64,000 nt of DNA. Origin: an uncultured delta proteobacterium (GTDB lineage Bacteria > Myxococcota_A > Polyangia > Polyangiales > Polyangiaceae). A model generated the notes under the pieces. That model was not told where the DNA came from. It saw only the letters and a list, made by a program, of their open reading frames with translations, and made no database searches. The translations under genes and the position numbers were made by a program. The stretch is from assembly GCA_963841435.1 (NCBI GenBank), contig CAWJCS010000003.1, positions 320,001 to 384,000 of the forward strand, read 5' to 3'. Below are positions 31,333 through 41,214 of the stretch, piece by piece (the stretch's first letter is position 1; each line of letters opens with the position of its first letter).

Positions 31333-32681
31333 AGCGGCGCGCCGTGCGGGCCTGGCTCGCCGCCGCTCTCTTCGTGACCGTCGCCGTGCCCGCGGCAGCC
31401 GAGCCCCGGCGCGTGAGCCTCGTGCAAGCCGTGGGCAGAGCGCGGCAAAATCCCCTCGCGCGAGCGGCGCTCGAACGCACGCGAGCGGCGCAGGCGCAGG
31501 CAGACGAGGCGCGCGGCGCTCGCTGGCCGCGCCTCGTCGTCACCTCGTTCATCGCCCCGAGCCCCGACATCCGCTGCCAGAACGCCGACTGCACGCGCAC
31601 GGAGCCCAAGGATCCGCAGTTCGGCGTCGCGGGGCTGTTCGGCGGCGTGCGCGCCGAGCTCTATCAACCGCTCTTCACCTTCGGCAAGATCGACTCCACG
31701 ATCGACGCTGCTGCGAGCGCGGCGCGCATGCAGGAGGCGCTCGCCGAGGGCGTGGCGCGCGACCTGGGCGTCGACGCGGCCCGGGCCTATCTCGGCGTCA
31801 AGCTCGCGCGCGAGGTCGCCGCGATGCTCGAGGACGGCCGGCAGCGCCTCGTCAAGGGCAAGGCGACCCTCGAGGAGCGGCTCGAGCAGGGTGATCCCGA
31901 CGTGACCGTGCAGGATCGCCTGCGGCTCGAAACGTTCGACGCCGAAATCCGTGCGCGCGCGAGCGAGGCGCGCGAAAACGAGGGCATCGCCCTCTCGGCG
32001 CTCCGCGCACTCGTGGGTGACGACAGCGTCGATACGGACGCTTCGCCGCTCGAGCCGCTCGCCTTCCAGGCTCAGTCGCCGAAAAGCTACGTCGAGCGCG
32101 CCGGACTCAAGCGTCCCGAGCTCAGAGCCGCGCGCGAGGGCGTCTCCGCGCTCGAGGGCCTGAAGCGCGCCGAAGAGGCTCGCTGGCTGCCCGATTTCTT
32201 TCTCGCCGCGGGATTCAACTGGGCTGCGGCCCAGGGCGTGGACGACACGCCGTCGGCGTTCGCGAACGATCCCTTCAACACTCGGACCGCGCAGGCGGGG
32301 CTCGCGATGCGCTGGACCCTCGAGCCCGCTGCGCAGGCGGCGCGCGTCGACCGCGCACGCGCCGAGCTCGACCGCGGGCGGGCGCTGCTCGCGGCCGCCG
32401 GCCGGGCCGGCACCTTCGCCGTGCTCCAGGCGCACACGCGCGCCGTGGAAGCCCACACCCGCCTGGAGGCGGCGCGCGACGGGGAGCGAAGCGCTCGTGG
32501 CTGGGTGGCCTCCGTGCTGCAGGCCGACGCGATCGGCACGGCGTCGGCCAAGGATCTGGCGGACGCCTACCTCGCCTATTTCACCTTGCACGGGCGCGCC
32601 CTGCAGAGCACGTACGACTTCAACGTGGCCGTCGTGGCACTCCGTAGCGCGATCGGCGAATCTCCGCTACCACCCCACTGA
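31329..32681 (+). CDS. TolC-family outer membrane protein
   Basis: Signal peptide, SLVQAVGRARQNP, QPLFTFGK, RPEL repeat, helical barrel pattern. Confidence 0.85.
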   Translation: MKRRAVRAWLAAALFVTVAVPAAAEPRRVSLVQAVGRARQNPLARAALERTRAAQAQADEARGARWPRLVVTSFIAPSPDIRCQNADCTRTEPKDPQFGVAGLFGGVRAELYQPLFTFGKIDSTIDAAASAARMQEALAEGVARDLGVDAARAYLGVKLAREVAAMLEDGRQRLVKGKATLEERLEQGDPDVTVQDRLRLETFDAEIRARASEARENEGIALSALRALVGDDSVDTDASPLEPLAFQAQSPKSYVERAGLKRPELRAAREGVSALEGLKRAEEARWLPDFFLAAGFNWAAAQGVDDTPSAFANDPFNTRTAQAGLAMRWTLEPAAQAARVDRARAELDRGRALLAAAGRAGTFAVLQAHTRAVEAHTRLEAARDGERSARGWVASVLQADAIGTASAKDLADAYLAYFTLHGRALQSTYDFNVAVVALRSAIGESPLPPH

Positions 32682-32691
32682 GGTTTCGATC

Positions 32692-33297
32692 ATGCGCTGG
32701 TTTCATCTCTTCTCGATCGCGCTCTTCGTTCTCGGGCTCGCCACCGGCGCGGCCGCCGCGGAAGGACCCGGCACGACCACGGTCCGCCAGGCGAACGCGA
32801 CGCTCACGGCGCTCTTGAAGAAGAAGGCCTCACCGGGCAGCGCGGACGAGACGCACCTCGCCACGGAGGTCACCGAAAAGCTGCAGAGCTTCCTCGACGT
32901 TGACGAGCTGGGACGTTGCGCGCTCGCCGACCACTGGAACGACCTCGACGCGGGCCAGCGCGGGGAGTTCACGAAGCTCTTGCGCGAGATCGTCCAGAAG
33001 AGCTACCTGCGCGCGCTGCGTGCGCGGATCGAATACGGCGTGCTCTACGACGGCGAGAAGACCGAGGGCGATCACCTGCTCGTCCGCACCCGCGTGCGCA
33101 TCGACAGGCAGGGCACGCGGCAGGAGATCGGGGTCGACTACCTGCTCCGGCGCGATGGCGGTCACCTGCGCGTCTTCGACCTCGTCACGGACGGCGTCGG
33201 GCTCGTGGAAAACTATCGCGCCGAGTTCAACAAGGTGATCAAACGCGAGGGTTTCGAGGGGTTGCTCGCTCGCATGAAGAAGAAGGTCGAAGGCTGA
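32692..33297 (+). CDS. MlaC/Ttg2D/HpnM-like periplasmic lipid shuttle
   Basis: Signal peptide; LADHWNDLDAGQRGEF, VDYLL, FDLVTDGVGLVENYRAEF. Confidence 0.85.
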   Translation: MRWFHLFSIALFVLGLATGAAAAEGPGTTTVRQANATLTALLKKKASPGSADETHLATEVTEKLQSFLDVDELGRCALADHWNDLDAGQRGEFTKLLREIVQKSYLRALRARIEYGVLYDGEKTEGDHLLVRTRVRIDRQGTRQEIGVDYLLRRDGGHLRVFDLVTDGVGLVENYRAEFNKVIKREGFEGLLARMKKKVEG

Positions 33298-33516
33298 GCG
33301 CGTTCGGCGCACCCACCGCACCGCCCGGCTCGTCCCAGCCGTGCCGAGATGTTGGAATACTTCGGTGTCATTCGAATTTTTCGGACCCAGCACCGGCGGG
33401 ATGCTCTCCGGGAATTGATGGTGTGCGGCGCGCCACGCCGTCAAAGTCTAGGATCACCGCCGGGCGAGCTTCCGTCCGGAACTGCCTTCCGGGAAAAGCC
33501 CCCGCAGGACTACCCC

Positions 33517-35082
33517 ATGAGAGTTCATAGCAGCATCGCACGAGCACTCTTGCTGACGAGTTTGCTGGCTGCTTGCGCGGCTCTCACGGGCTGCAGCCAG
33601 TCGAGCCCGGAGGACAAGACCCCCAGCGGGGGACAGGGAGGCTCGAGCGGCGCCGGACAAGGCGGCTCGAGCGGGACCGCCGCAGGGACGGCTGGAGCCA
33701 GCGGCTCGGAGGCCCTCGGCGGCTCGGCGGGCCTTGGCGGCGGGGGCGCTGGCGGGACGGCCGGAACCGCAGGCGCTAGCGGCGCCAACGTCGGCGGCGC
33801 GTCAGGCCTCGGTGGCACCTCGGGCGATGCTGGCGCGGGCGCCGGGGGCGTCGCGGGCGACGCGGGCAGCGCCGGTGCGGGTGCAGGTGCAGGTGCTGGC
33901 ACAGGCGGTGTCGCGGGTGACGCGAACGGCGGCGCCTCGGGGCTCGGCGGCGCGGGGGCGGGCAGCGGCGGTGACGCGGGCGGTGGCGCCGGCGGATCGG
34001 CGGGCGCGATGGGCAGCTGCGTTCCCATCACCGATTTCGAAACCTGGCCCGCGGGCGACGGCCCGCTCGACGTAGGCAAGCTCGCGACCACCGACTTCAA
34101 GACGCACACGAACGATACCTACGGGGGCGCGGGCTACTCCCTCGCGCTGAGCTGGTACGGCGCGCTTCTGTTCACCCAGACGACGGGCGACACGCAGAAC
34201 AACACGAGCCTCATCACGGCGTTCGAGCCGTACGCCACCGGGACGAAGACCGTCAACAACTCGGCGTCGGCGTCGGTCGATTACCGAGTGTTCGGCGTGC
34301 TGCCGCTCGAGATCTTCCTCGAGAACGACGACATGCGTTGCAAGACGCTCGGCCTGGCGCGCGCGGACGCACAGTGGGTGAACACCACCTCGGACGGCAT
34401 CACGACCGACGCGCGCTACTGGATCGACGACATGTACATGATCACCGGGCTGCAGGTGATGGCCTACCGCGCGACGAAGGACATGAAGTACCTCGACCGT
34501 GCCGCGAAGACGATGCTCGCCTACCATGCGCGCCTGCAGCAGTCGGACGGCCTTTTCTGGCACACGGAAACGTCGAAAGCCTACTGGGGTCGCGCCAACG
34601 GCTGGGTGGCCGCCGGCATGACCCAGCTCTTGCTCGAGCTCCCCGCGGGCACACAGCGCGATCAGGTGATGGCAGGCTACAAGAAGCAGATGGACGGCCT
34701 GCTTCCGCTCCAGGTCAGCGGCGGCGGCGACGACGGCTGCTGGCGGCAGGTGCTCGACCTGAGCTCCGCCCAGGCCGAGAGCTCCTGCACGGCGATGTTC
34801 ACCTACGCGCTCACCGTCGGCGCGAAGAACGGCTGGCTCACGGACCCGAAGTACGCCGCTGCGGCGCGCAAGGGTTGGCTCGCGCTCGCCGCCAAAACGA
34901 ACAACGCGGGCAAGCTCGACAAGGTCTGCCCCGGCACGGGCGCGGCGCCCGCGGGGAGCCTGTCGTCACAGCAGCAGTTCTACGCGCAGATCTCGCTCGG
35001 GCTCGGCGACCTCCACGGTCAGGCGCCGCTGCTCTGGGCCGCCAACGCGCTGCTCACCAACGACTGCCAGGGCGTGCGCTGA
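33517..35082 (+). CDS. GH105/GH88 unsaturated glycuronyl hydrolase lipoprotein with Gly-rich linker
   Basis: Lipobox LTGC; YWIDDMYM, GLFWH, WGRANGW, ESSCTAMF. Confidence 0.85.
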   Translation: MRVHSSIARALLLTSLLAACAALTGCSQSSPEDKTPSGGQGGSSGAGQGGSSGTAAGTAGASGSEALGGSAGLGGGGAGGTAGTAGASGANVGGASGLGGTSGDAGAGAGGVAGDAGSAGAGAGAGAGTGGVAGDANGGASGLGGAGAGSGGDAGGGAGGSAGAMGSCVPITDFETWPAGDGPLDVGKLATTDFKTHTNDTYGGAGYSLALSWYGALLFTQTTGDTQNNTSLITAFEPYATGTKTVNNSASASVDYRVFGVLPLEIFLENDDMRCKTLGLARADAQWVNTTSDGITTDARYWIDDMYMITGLQVMAYRATKDMKYLDRAAKTMLAYHARLQQSDGLFWHTETSKAYWGRANGWVAAGMTQLLLELPAGTQRDQVMAGYKKQMDGLLPLQVSGGGDDGCWRQVLDLSSAQAESSCTAMFTYALTVGAKNGWLTDPKYAAAARKGWLALAAKTNNAGKLDKVCPGTGAAPAGSLSSQQQFYAQISLGLGDLHGQAPLLWAANALLTNDCQGVR

Positions 35083-35084
35083 GC

Positions 35085-35606
35085 TCACCGAGGGCCGCTG
35101 CCGCCCGGAACCTCGGCAGCGAGGGCGGCGATCACGCCCGCGAAGCTTGCCTGGTTCTCTTCACTGAGCTCGGCCAGATCGCGATGAGCCTGCAACATGA
35201 GGCGCCCGAGGTCCCCCGGCAGCACCGCGCGCGCGTCGATCGGCACCTCGCGCAGCTCCGGCCACTCGTCGAGCGGCCACTCGGCGACGAGCATGAACAG
35301 CCGGTCGAACGCCGCTGAACGCAAGCAAATCGTGACGTCTTCGTCGTCGCAGACGAGCACGGCGCGGCGCCCGTGCTCGAGGGTCCGGCGGCCGAGCCGC
35401 GCTAGCAGTCCCATGCCGGTGCTGTCGATAGCGCCGACGGCGGTCAGATCGACGACCACGGTGCGACCCGGCGTCGCGACGTCCACCCCATCGAAGAAAG
35501 CGCGCAGGGGCGCCGCCGCCGCGTACTCGACGCGACCCCGGAGCACGACGACCGCAGCGTCCAGCGTTTGCCCGTAAAAGGCCTCAGGCGGCGCTTTCGT
35601 GTCCAT
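35085..35606 (-). CDS. STAS anti-sigma-factor antagonist (RssC-like)
   Basis: VDLTAVGAIDSTGMGLLA; C-terminal MLQAHRDLAELSEENQASF. Confidence 0.8.
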   Translation of the reverse strand: MDTKAPPEAFYGQTLDAAVVVLRGRVEYAAAAPLRAFFDGVDVATPGRTVVVDLTAVGAIDSTGMGLLARLGRRTLEHGRRAVLVCDDEDVTICLRSAAFDRLFMLVAEWPLDEWPELREVPIDARAVLPGDLGRLMLQAHRDLAELSEENQASFAGVIAALAAEVPGGSGPR

Positions 35607-36795
35607 GTCCGTGTTCGTCTCCTCGCTGGATGATGAGCAAGGCGACGTCGTCGGGCAGCGTCGCCGAGGTGCCGAGGTGCAAGTCCTCGCGTGCAGCCTC
35701 GACGCTCACGTGGGGTCTGCCGAAGTAGTCGCGCAAGAAAGCGAGCTTGTCCTTGATCGTGGGCTGGGGCAGCAGAGCGAGTAACCCGTCGGAGAACAGC
35801 GAGAGACGATGCCCGGCCCCGAGCTCCACCCGATGCTCCTCGTAGCGTGTGCCTGCGAGCATGCCGACGGGCACGCTGGGGTGCTCGAGCACGCGTGTCT
35901 CCCGGCCGTCGAAGAGCACCGGCCAGGGGAAGTGGCCGGCAGTCGAATACCTGAGCGAATCCCGCTCGAGGTCGACGACCCCGTAGAAAATCGTGAGATG
36001 CTTGCCGAGATCGTCGCGTGCTATGTCGTCGTTGAGGCGCATGAGCAGGCGCGACGGCGACAGAATCATCGAGTCTCCCGTGCGCTCGTAGCTCGCGAGC
36101 TGCCGCTGCACGAAGGTGCGCAGGAGCACGGTCACGAGCGCCGAGGCCACACCGTGGCCCGCGACGTCGGCCAAGTAGAAGCCGAAGTGCTCCTGGTCGA
36201 TGCGGAACGCGTCGATGAAATCGCCGCTCAAGAACTGGGACGGCATGAGCTCGCGCGTGAGGAGGTAGTGACCGAAATGCAGGTTGTTCTTCGGCAGCAT
36301 GCGAAACTGGAGCTGCCGCCCGGCGGCCTCGTCCTCCGCGAGCAGCCTGAGCCCTGCCCGCAACTGCTGGTTTAGCTCCTCGAGCTCCTGCCGGTAACGC
36401 CGGTTTTCACGCAAGAGCGCGACGCGCTCGAGGGCCCTCACGACGGCGTGCTCGAGGGCGTCGGAGTCGACGGGTTTCGTGATGTAATCCCAGGCACCGA
36501 GCTTGAGCGCGCCAATCGCGTCCTGGAGCACGCCGGCACCCGACATGACGACGACAGGCAGCTCGGGCGCCTCGCGTCTCACGACGGAAAGGAGCTCGAG
36601 CCCGTCGAGGCGCGGCATCCTGATGTCGCAGAGCACGAGATCCGGAGCGTCGTGCCGGATCCTCTCGAGACCCTCGATGCCGTCGGTCGCTCGGAGCACG
36701 GTGAAGCCGAGCCGCTCGAGCTGGCGCGTCACGACTTTCTGCACCAGGTCCGTGTCGTCAATGACGACGATTCGTTCTGGTCGTGACGACGCCAT
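35584..36795 (-). CDS. Response regulator receiver + PP2C/SpoIIE phosphatase (RssB-like)
   Basis: IDD, CDIRMP, KP in the receiver; SGDF, DVAGHG, AGH, SDG, DD in the PP2C domain. Confidence 0.88.
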   Translation of the reverse strand: MASSRPERIVVIDDTDLVQKVVTRQLERLGFTVLRATDGIEGLERIRHDAPDLVLCDIRMPRLDGLELLSVVRREAPELPVVVMSGAGVLQDAIGALKLGAWDYITKPVDSDALEHAVVRALERVALLRENRRYRQELEELNQQLRAGLRLLAEDEAAGRQLQFRMLPKNNLHFGHYLLTRELMPSQFLSGDFIDAFRIDQEHFGFYLADVAGHGVASALVTVLLRTFVQRQLASYERTGDSMILSPSRLLMRLNDDIARDDLGKHLTIFYGVVDLERDSLRYSTAGHFPWPVLFDGRETRVLEHPSVPVGMLAGTRYEEHRVELGAGHRLSLFSDGLLALLPQPTIKDKLAFLRDYFGRPHVSVEAAREDLHLGTSATLPDDVALLIIQRGDEHGHGHESAA

Positions 36796-37078
36796 CGATT
36801 CCCTCTGTCTGCGCCGCCGGGCCCGCCGCCCGACAACGCGACCGGAGAGTACGACCGCCCGCCCCGAGAATCCAGCCAAGGGCCAGAGCGGCCCGAACGG
36901 CGCAAAAGACGGCGTCGTTCGAGTCACGCGATGCACGCCGCGGGCAGCCCACGGCCTGGGCCCGGTACCCGGGCGCGTGCGAACCCCGCGCTTGCTACGT
37001 TGCCCGTGAGCGACCAGAGCTCGGCGGCTGGGCCTCAGCGAGCGGACTCGTCGCGCAGCGGGACGCGCTCGATGACGG

Positions 37079-37462
37079 GTGCTGCCCGCTCCGCACCAGG
37101 CTCCTCGAGCTTGCGAACCAACGCCCCGGGGCGCCACACGGTCGTGCGGCCTCACGTCCGGGCCGCGCTCGAGCCAGCAGGCGCAGGGAGTCGTGCTCCG
37201 CGTCGAGGGGGGTGGGGCGTCGATCTCGATTGTTCCCGGCGAACCGGACCTCTCCGCCGCGGCGGCCGACGTCATCGGGCGTGAGTGGGTCGCGAGCCTG
37301 GGCACGCTCTGGACACGTGAGCCGGGCGAGAGCGGCACCTTCAGCATTGCTTGGCAGGATCCGAGCTGGACCACGCCCTTCGTGAACCTCATGGCGGAGC
37401 CGGGCCTCGTGCTCGCCATGACTGCCGACGGCGGCATCGTCGAAGGCCGCGTCCCCGTCTGA
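37079..37462 (+). CDS. Possible gene fragment / hypothetical protein (start uncertain)
   Basis: The last ~95 codons look protein-like (GVVLRVEG...WTTPFVNLMAEPG); the 5' part is not convincing. Confidence 0.3.
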   Translation: MLPAPHQAPRACEPTPRGATRSCGLTSGPRSSQQAQGVVLRVEGGGASISIVPGEPDLSAAAADVIGREWVASLGTLWTREPGESGTFSIAWQDPSWTTPFVNLMAEPGLVLAMTADGGIVEGRVPV

Positions 37463-37530
37463 GTCGGGGCCGGGAGCCGCCGAGCGCTTTGGTGAGCGAC
37501 GGGCTCGCCGGGCCGCTACCTTGCAGATGG

Positions 37531-39066
37531 ATGGTCTTGGGCTCTCATCCACTCCAGCGCGCCCCGGAGCGTCGGCTAGCCTTCGGGGTGCTGCTTTCGC
37601 TGGCAGCCTGCTCTCAAGGAGCCACCCCCAACGCGGGCGGCGGCACCGGCTCGGGTGGGACCTCGGCGGGTGCCTCCGGCGCGGGCGGCGCGCAGGCCGG
37701 CAACGGCGGAACGAGCGGGGCCGTGTCCGCGGGCGGAAGCAGCGGCACTCTCGCGGGAAAAGGCGGCGTTGAGAGCTCCTCCGGTGGCTCGAGCGGCGCC
37801 GGCGCGGGCGGCGATGCAGCTGGGAGCGCCGCGGGCGGTGAGCCAGCAGCTGGCGAAGCGGGGGTCGGCGTCGGTGGCGCCGACGGGGGAACGGCGGGCG
37901 AAGCCGGCGCCGGGGGACGCCCCCCAACGACCTTCGAGACAACGACGCTCTCGAGTGACCACGTCGCCGAGGGAGCGGCGATCGGCGACATCGACGGTGA
38001 CGGGACGCTCGATCTCGTGGCGGGCCCCGTCTGGTATCGCGGGCCCGCGTTCGAGGTGGGCGGCACGCTGTTCGCGCCCGTCCCCACCTTCACGCGCGAT
38101 CAGTACTCCACGTTCTTCCTCACGTTCACCGACGACGTCGACGGAGACGACCTGCTCGACGTGATCGGCATCGGCGACCCCGGCGGAGGCAACGGCTCGG
38201 GCAATCCGAACGCTTTCTGGTATCGAAATCCCGGCCCGTCGAACTTGGCATCGACGTGGGAGAAGCACGCGATCTTCGACGGTCTCGTGGCGAGCGAATC
38301 GCCCGCGCTCGCCGACGTGGTGGGCGACGCCACGAAAGAGCTCGTGTTCATGACCAACCAGCGACTCGGCTACGCCGAGCGGGGCTCGGACCCCACCGCT
38401 CCGTGGACGTTCCACGCGCTTTCCGACACGGCCTTCGGCACTCCGTACGTGCACGGCCTGGGCGTGGGGGACGTGAACGGCGACGGTCGTGCGGACGTGG
38501 TCGAGCGTAGCGGGTGGTGGGAACAGCCCACGAGCGGCAGCACCTGGACCAGGCACGCCGTCGACTTCGGCGCGCCGCTCGGCGGGTCGCGCCCGAGCAA
38601 CTGGGGCGGCGCACAAATTGCCATCTACGACGTCGACGGCGACGGCGACGCGGACATCGTGACGGCGCTCGCCGCGCACCGCTACGGGCTCTACTGGTTC
38701 GAGCAAGTCGACTCGGACACGTTCACGCCGCACGAGATCCTACCGCCGAGCGCCACCGAAACCAGCGTGAGCCAGCTCCACGCCCTCGCCGTCGCCGACC
38801 TCAACGGCGATGGCTTGCTCGATGTCGTCACGGGCAAGCGCTACTACGCGCATCCATCGACGAACGCCGATCCGGGCACCACCGAGCCGCCGCTCATCGA
38901 ATGGTTCGAGCTGTCGCGCGCGGGCGGCGTGACCTTCTCGCCGCACGTGATCCACGACGACAGCGGCGTCGGCTGCAATTTCACGATCCTCGACGTCACG
39001 GGCGACGCCAAACCCGACGTGTTCACGACCAACAAGCGCGGCACGTTCCTCCACGTCCAGCGCTGA
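37531..39066 (+). CDS. FG-GAP/VCBS-repeat lipoprotein with Gly-rich linker
   Basis: Lipobox LAAC; repeated DxDGDGxxD motifs. Confidence 0.85.
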   Translation: MVLGSHPLQRAPERRLAFGVLLSLAACSQGATPNAGGGTGSGGTSAGASGAGGAQAGNGGTSGAVSAGGSSGTLAGKGGVESSSGGSSGAGAGGDAAGSAAGGEPAAGEAGVGVGGADGGTAGEAGAGGRPPTTFETTTLSSDHVAEGAAIGDIDGDGTLDLVAGPVWYRGPAFEVGGTLFAPVPTFTRDQYSTFFLTFTDDVDGDDLLDVIGIGDPGGGNGSGNPNAFWYRNPGPSNLASTWEKHAIFDGLVASESPALADVVGDATKELVFMTNQRLGYAERGSDPTAPWTFHALSDTAFGTPYVHGLGVGDVNGDGRADVVERSGWWEQPTSGSTWTRHAVDFGAPLGGSRPSNWGGAQIAIYDVDGDGDADIVTALAAHRYGLYWFEQVDSDTFTPHEILPPSATETSVSQLHALAVADLNGDGLLDVVTGKRYYAHPSTNADPGTTEPPLIEWFELSRAGGVTFSPHVIHDDSGVGCNFTILDVTGDAKPDVFTTNKRGTFLHVQR

Positions 39067-39091
39067 AAGCCGCTCGCCTATGGGCGCCGCG

Positions 39092-39769
39092 TCACTTCGG
39101 ATCGAACCGCACGTCGAACGCGACGCTCGCCGTCCCGCCGTCCGCCGCATCGAAGGCAGCGACCTGAACGCGCCGCTCGACGCAATCGGCAACCGCCTGC
39201 AGCCCGGGGCTCGCCGCTCCGGCCGTCGGCTTCACGGTCACGGACGAGACGTTCCCTTCCCGTGCGATCGCGGCGCTGACGCGCAGCGTGCCGGCGAGCG
39301 CCGGTTGGTCGCGTAGCGCGCGCTCGTAGCAGGCGCGAAAGCTCCCGCGCATGGCCAGAACGCTGCGTGCTGCGTCGGAAACGGCGCCGTGCGTCACCGA
39401 GACCGCGCCGATAGTCGCCGTTCCGCGCGGAGCTGCGGGTTGCACGGGCGGCGCGCCGTAGACCGCTGCCGAGGTGAACCGGGCGTCGAGGCGAGGCGCG
39501 CCCGAAGAGGACGGAGTGACGGCGGGAGGCTCGAAAGCGGAGCCCGACGGAGCGACCTCCGCGAGATCGTGAGCCCCTCGACGCTCGCAGCCTGCGACGC
39601 TGCCACCTGCGGCGGCTAGCGCGACGAGAGCCGCGAGACCCAAGCGTTCCCGGGGCGGCAGCGCGTCCGTCACGCGCCCGAGCGCGCTCGTGTCGCCACC
39701 GCAGAACGGGCAGCATGCCTCGTGGCGCCGCACGTGCCGGGAGCAGGTCGGGCAAGGGGAAAGCCTCAC
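39092..39769 (-). CDS. Zn-ribbon/TM protein with AgmX/PglI-type (TonB-like) C-terminal domain
   Basis: CPTCSRH...CPFC, hydrophobic helix, AVYGAPP, FRACYERAL...LAG...VADC. Confidence 0.7.
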   Translation of the reverse strand: MRLSPCPTCSRHVRRHEACCPFCGGDTSALGRVTDALPPRERLGLAALVALAAAGGSVAGCERRGAHDLAEVAPSGSAFEPPAVTPSSSGAPRLDARFTSAAVYGAPPVQPAAPRGTATIGAVSVTHGAVSDAARSVLAMRGSFRACYERALRDQPALAGTLRVSAAIAREGNVSSVTVKPTAGAASPGLQAVADCVERRVQVAAFDAADGGTASVAFDVRFDPK

Positions 39770-39914
39770 CGAGGTCGAGGGTGCTACGCCGCCCGCGCGA
39801 TCGCAAGCACGCACGGAAAGCGGCCTGCCCAAGCGCCCGCGCCTCGCGTCTCGTGAAACGCGACGCACGCGTGATACTAGGATCGACTCCCCGGCGCCCG
39901 CCGCGCAGCCTCGC

Positions 39915-41156
39915 ATGGACAACGTCACGCACGCGCTCGCGGGATTGCTGATAGCCGAGGCCGTCGTCCTCGCGCTACCCGAGCGGCCCGCGCCCGCGGT
40001 CTGCCGCTACCTTTGGTTTGCGAGCGCGCTCTCCAACAACGTCCCGGATTTCGACTTTCTCTATCGCCGCATCACGCCGGGCAAGGTGGGCTACCTCCTC
40101 CACCATCGCGGGCACACGCACACGCTGCTCGTGGGCCTGGTGCTCGGTGTGCTCACCTTCGCGCTCGTCCTCGGGTTCGCTCGCGCGAGAAAGACGCCGC
40201 TATCGCGGCGCGAGCGCACGGCGCTCCTCGCCCTGTCGCTCGTCGGTCCGCTCGTCCACATCGCGATGGACGCGAGCAACAACTACGGGGTGCACCCCTT
40301 CTGGCCGCTGTACGACGGCTGGCTCTACGGCGACGTCGTGTTCATCGTGGAGCCCTGGTTCTGGGTGCTCGCCGTGCCCCCTCTCGCCTTCGCGGCGACT
40401 AGCCTCGTGGCGCGCGGCCTCTTCGCCGCCATCCTGCTCGGCGGCCTCGCGCTCGCCTGGCTCACCGGCTTCGCGGATCGACCGACGGCGCTCGTGCTCA
40501 CGCTCGCTAGCGCGGCCGTGACCTTCGGCGCCGCGCGGCTGGGCCAGCGGGGTCGGCTCGCGCTCGGGCTCGGGGGCTGCCTCGGCGTCGCGCTCGTCTT
40601 CGCGCTCGCGTCGATCCGGGCACGCGGCGTCGTCGCGGCAGCACTACGCGCCGACGCCTCGCGGAACGAGGTGATCGCCGACACCGTGCTCACGCCGGCT
40701 CCGGGCAACCCCATTTGCTGGAACGCGGTGATCATCGGCCGCCGCGGCGCCGACTACGAGCTCGCTGTCGCACGCGCCTCGCTCGTGCCCGGGCTCCTCG
40801 ATGCCGAGCGGTGCACGTTCGAGCGAACCGGAGTGACGCTCGGGCTCTCCCCACCCCATCGCAGGTCGTCGGCCAGCGTGCGGTGGGAAGGCGAGCACGT
40901 CGCGCCGCTCGCCGAGCTCAGGGCGTTCGCGCGGAACAACTGCCAGGCCGCCGCATTCTTGCGCTGGTCGCGGGCCCCCTTCTGGCTCGAGCGGAGCCAG
41001 GAGCTCTATCTCGGCGATCTACGCTACGACCGCAGCTCGGCGGCGGGTTTCGCCGAGCTCGGAGTGCCGCTCCACCCGAGAAAGTGCCCGAGCTGGGTGC
41101 CGCCCTGGCTGCCGCCACGCGCTGATCTGCTTTCGGACGCGAGCACCGAACCGTGA
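39915..41156 (+). CDS. Membrane metal-dependent hydrolase (YdjM-like)
   Basis: MDNVTHAL, PDFD, HHRGHTHT, HIAMD, YGVHPFWP, DLRY. Confidence 0.85.
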   Translation: MDNVTHALAGLLIAEAVVLALPERPAPAVCRYLWFASALSNNVPDFDFLYRRITPGKVGYLLHHRGHTHTLLVGLVLGVLTFALVLGFARARKTPLSRRERTALLALSLVGPLVHIAMDASNNYGVHPFWPLYDGWLYGDVVFIVEPWFWVLAVPPLAFAATSLVARGLFAAILLGGLALAWLTGFADRPTALVLTLASAAVTFGAARLGQRGRLALGLGGCLGVALVFALASIRARGVVAAALRADASRNEVIADTVLTPAPGNPICWNAVIIGRRGADYELAVARASLVPGLLDAERCTFERTGVTLGLSPPHRRSSASVRWEGEHVAPLAELRAFARNNCQAAAFLRWSRAPFWLERSQELYLGDLRYDRSSAAGFAELGVPLHPRKCPSWVPPWLPPRADLLSDASTEP

Positions 41157-41214
41157 CGCCGCGAGCGGCTACGCGGTAGATCACGCTCGGGTGACGGACG
41201 CTCGCGCCCGCCCG

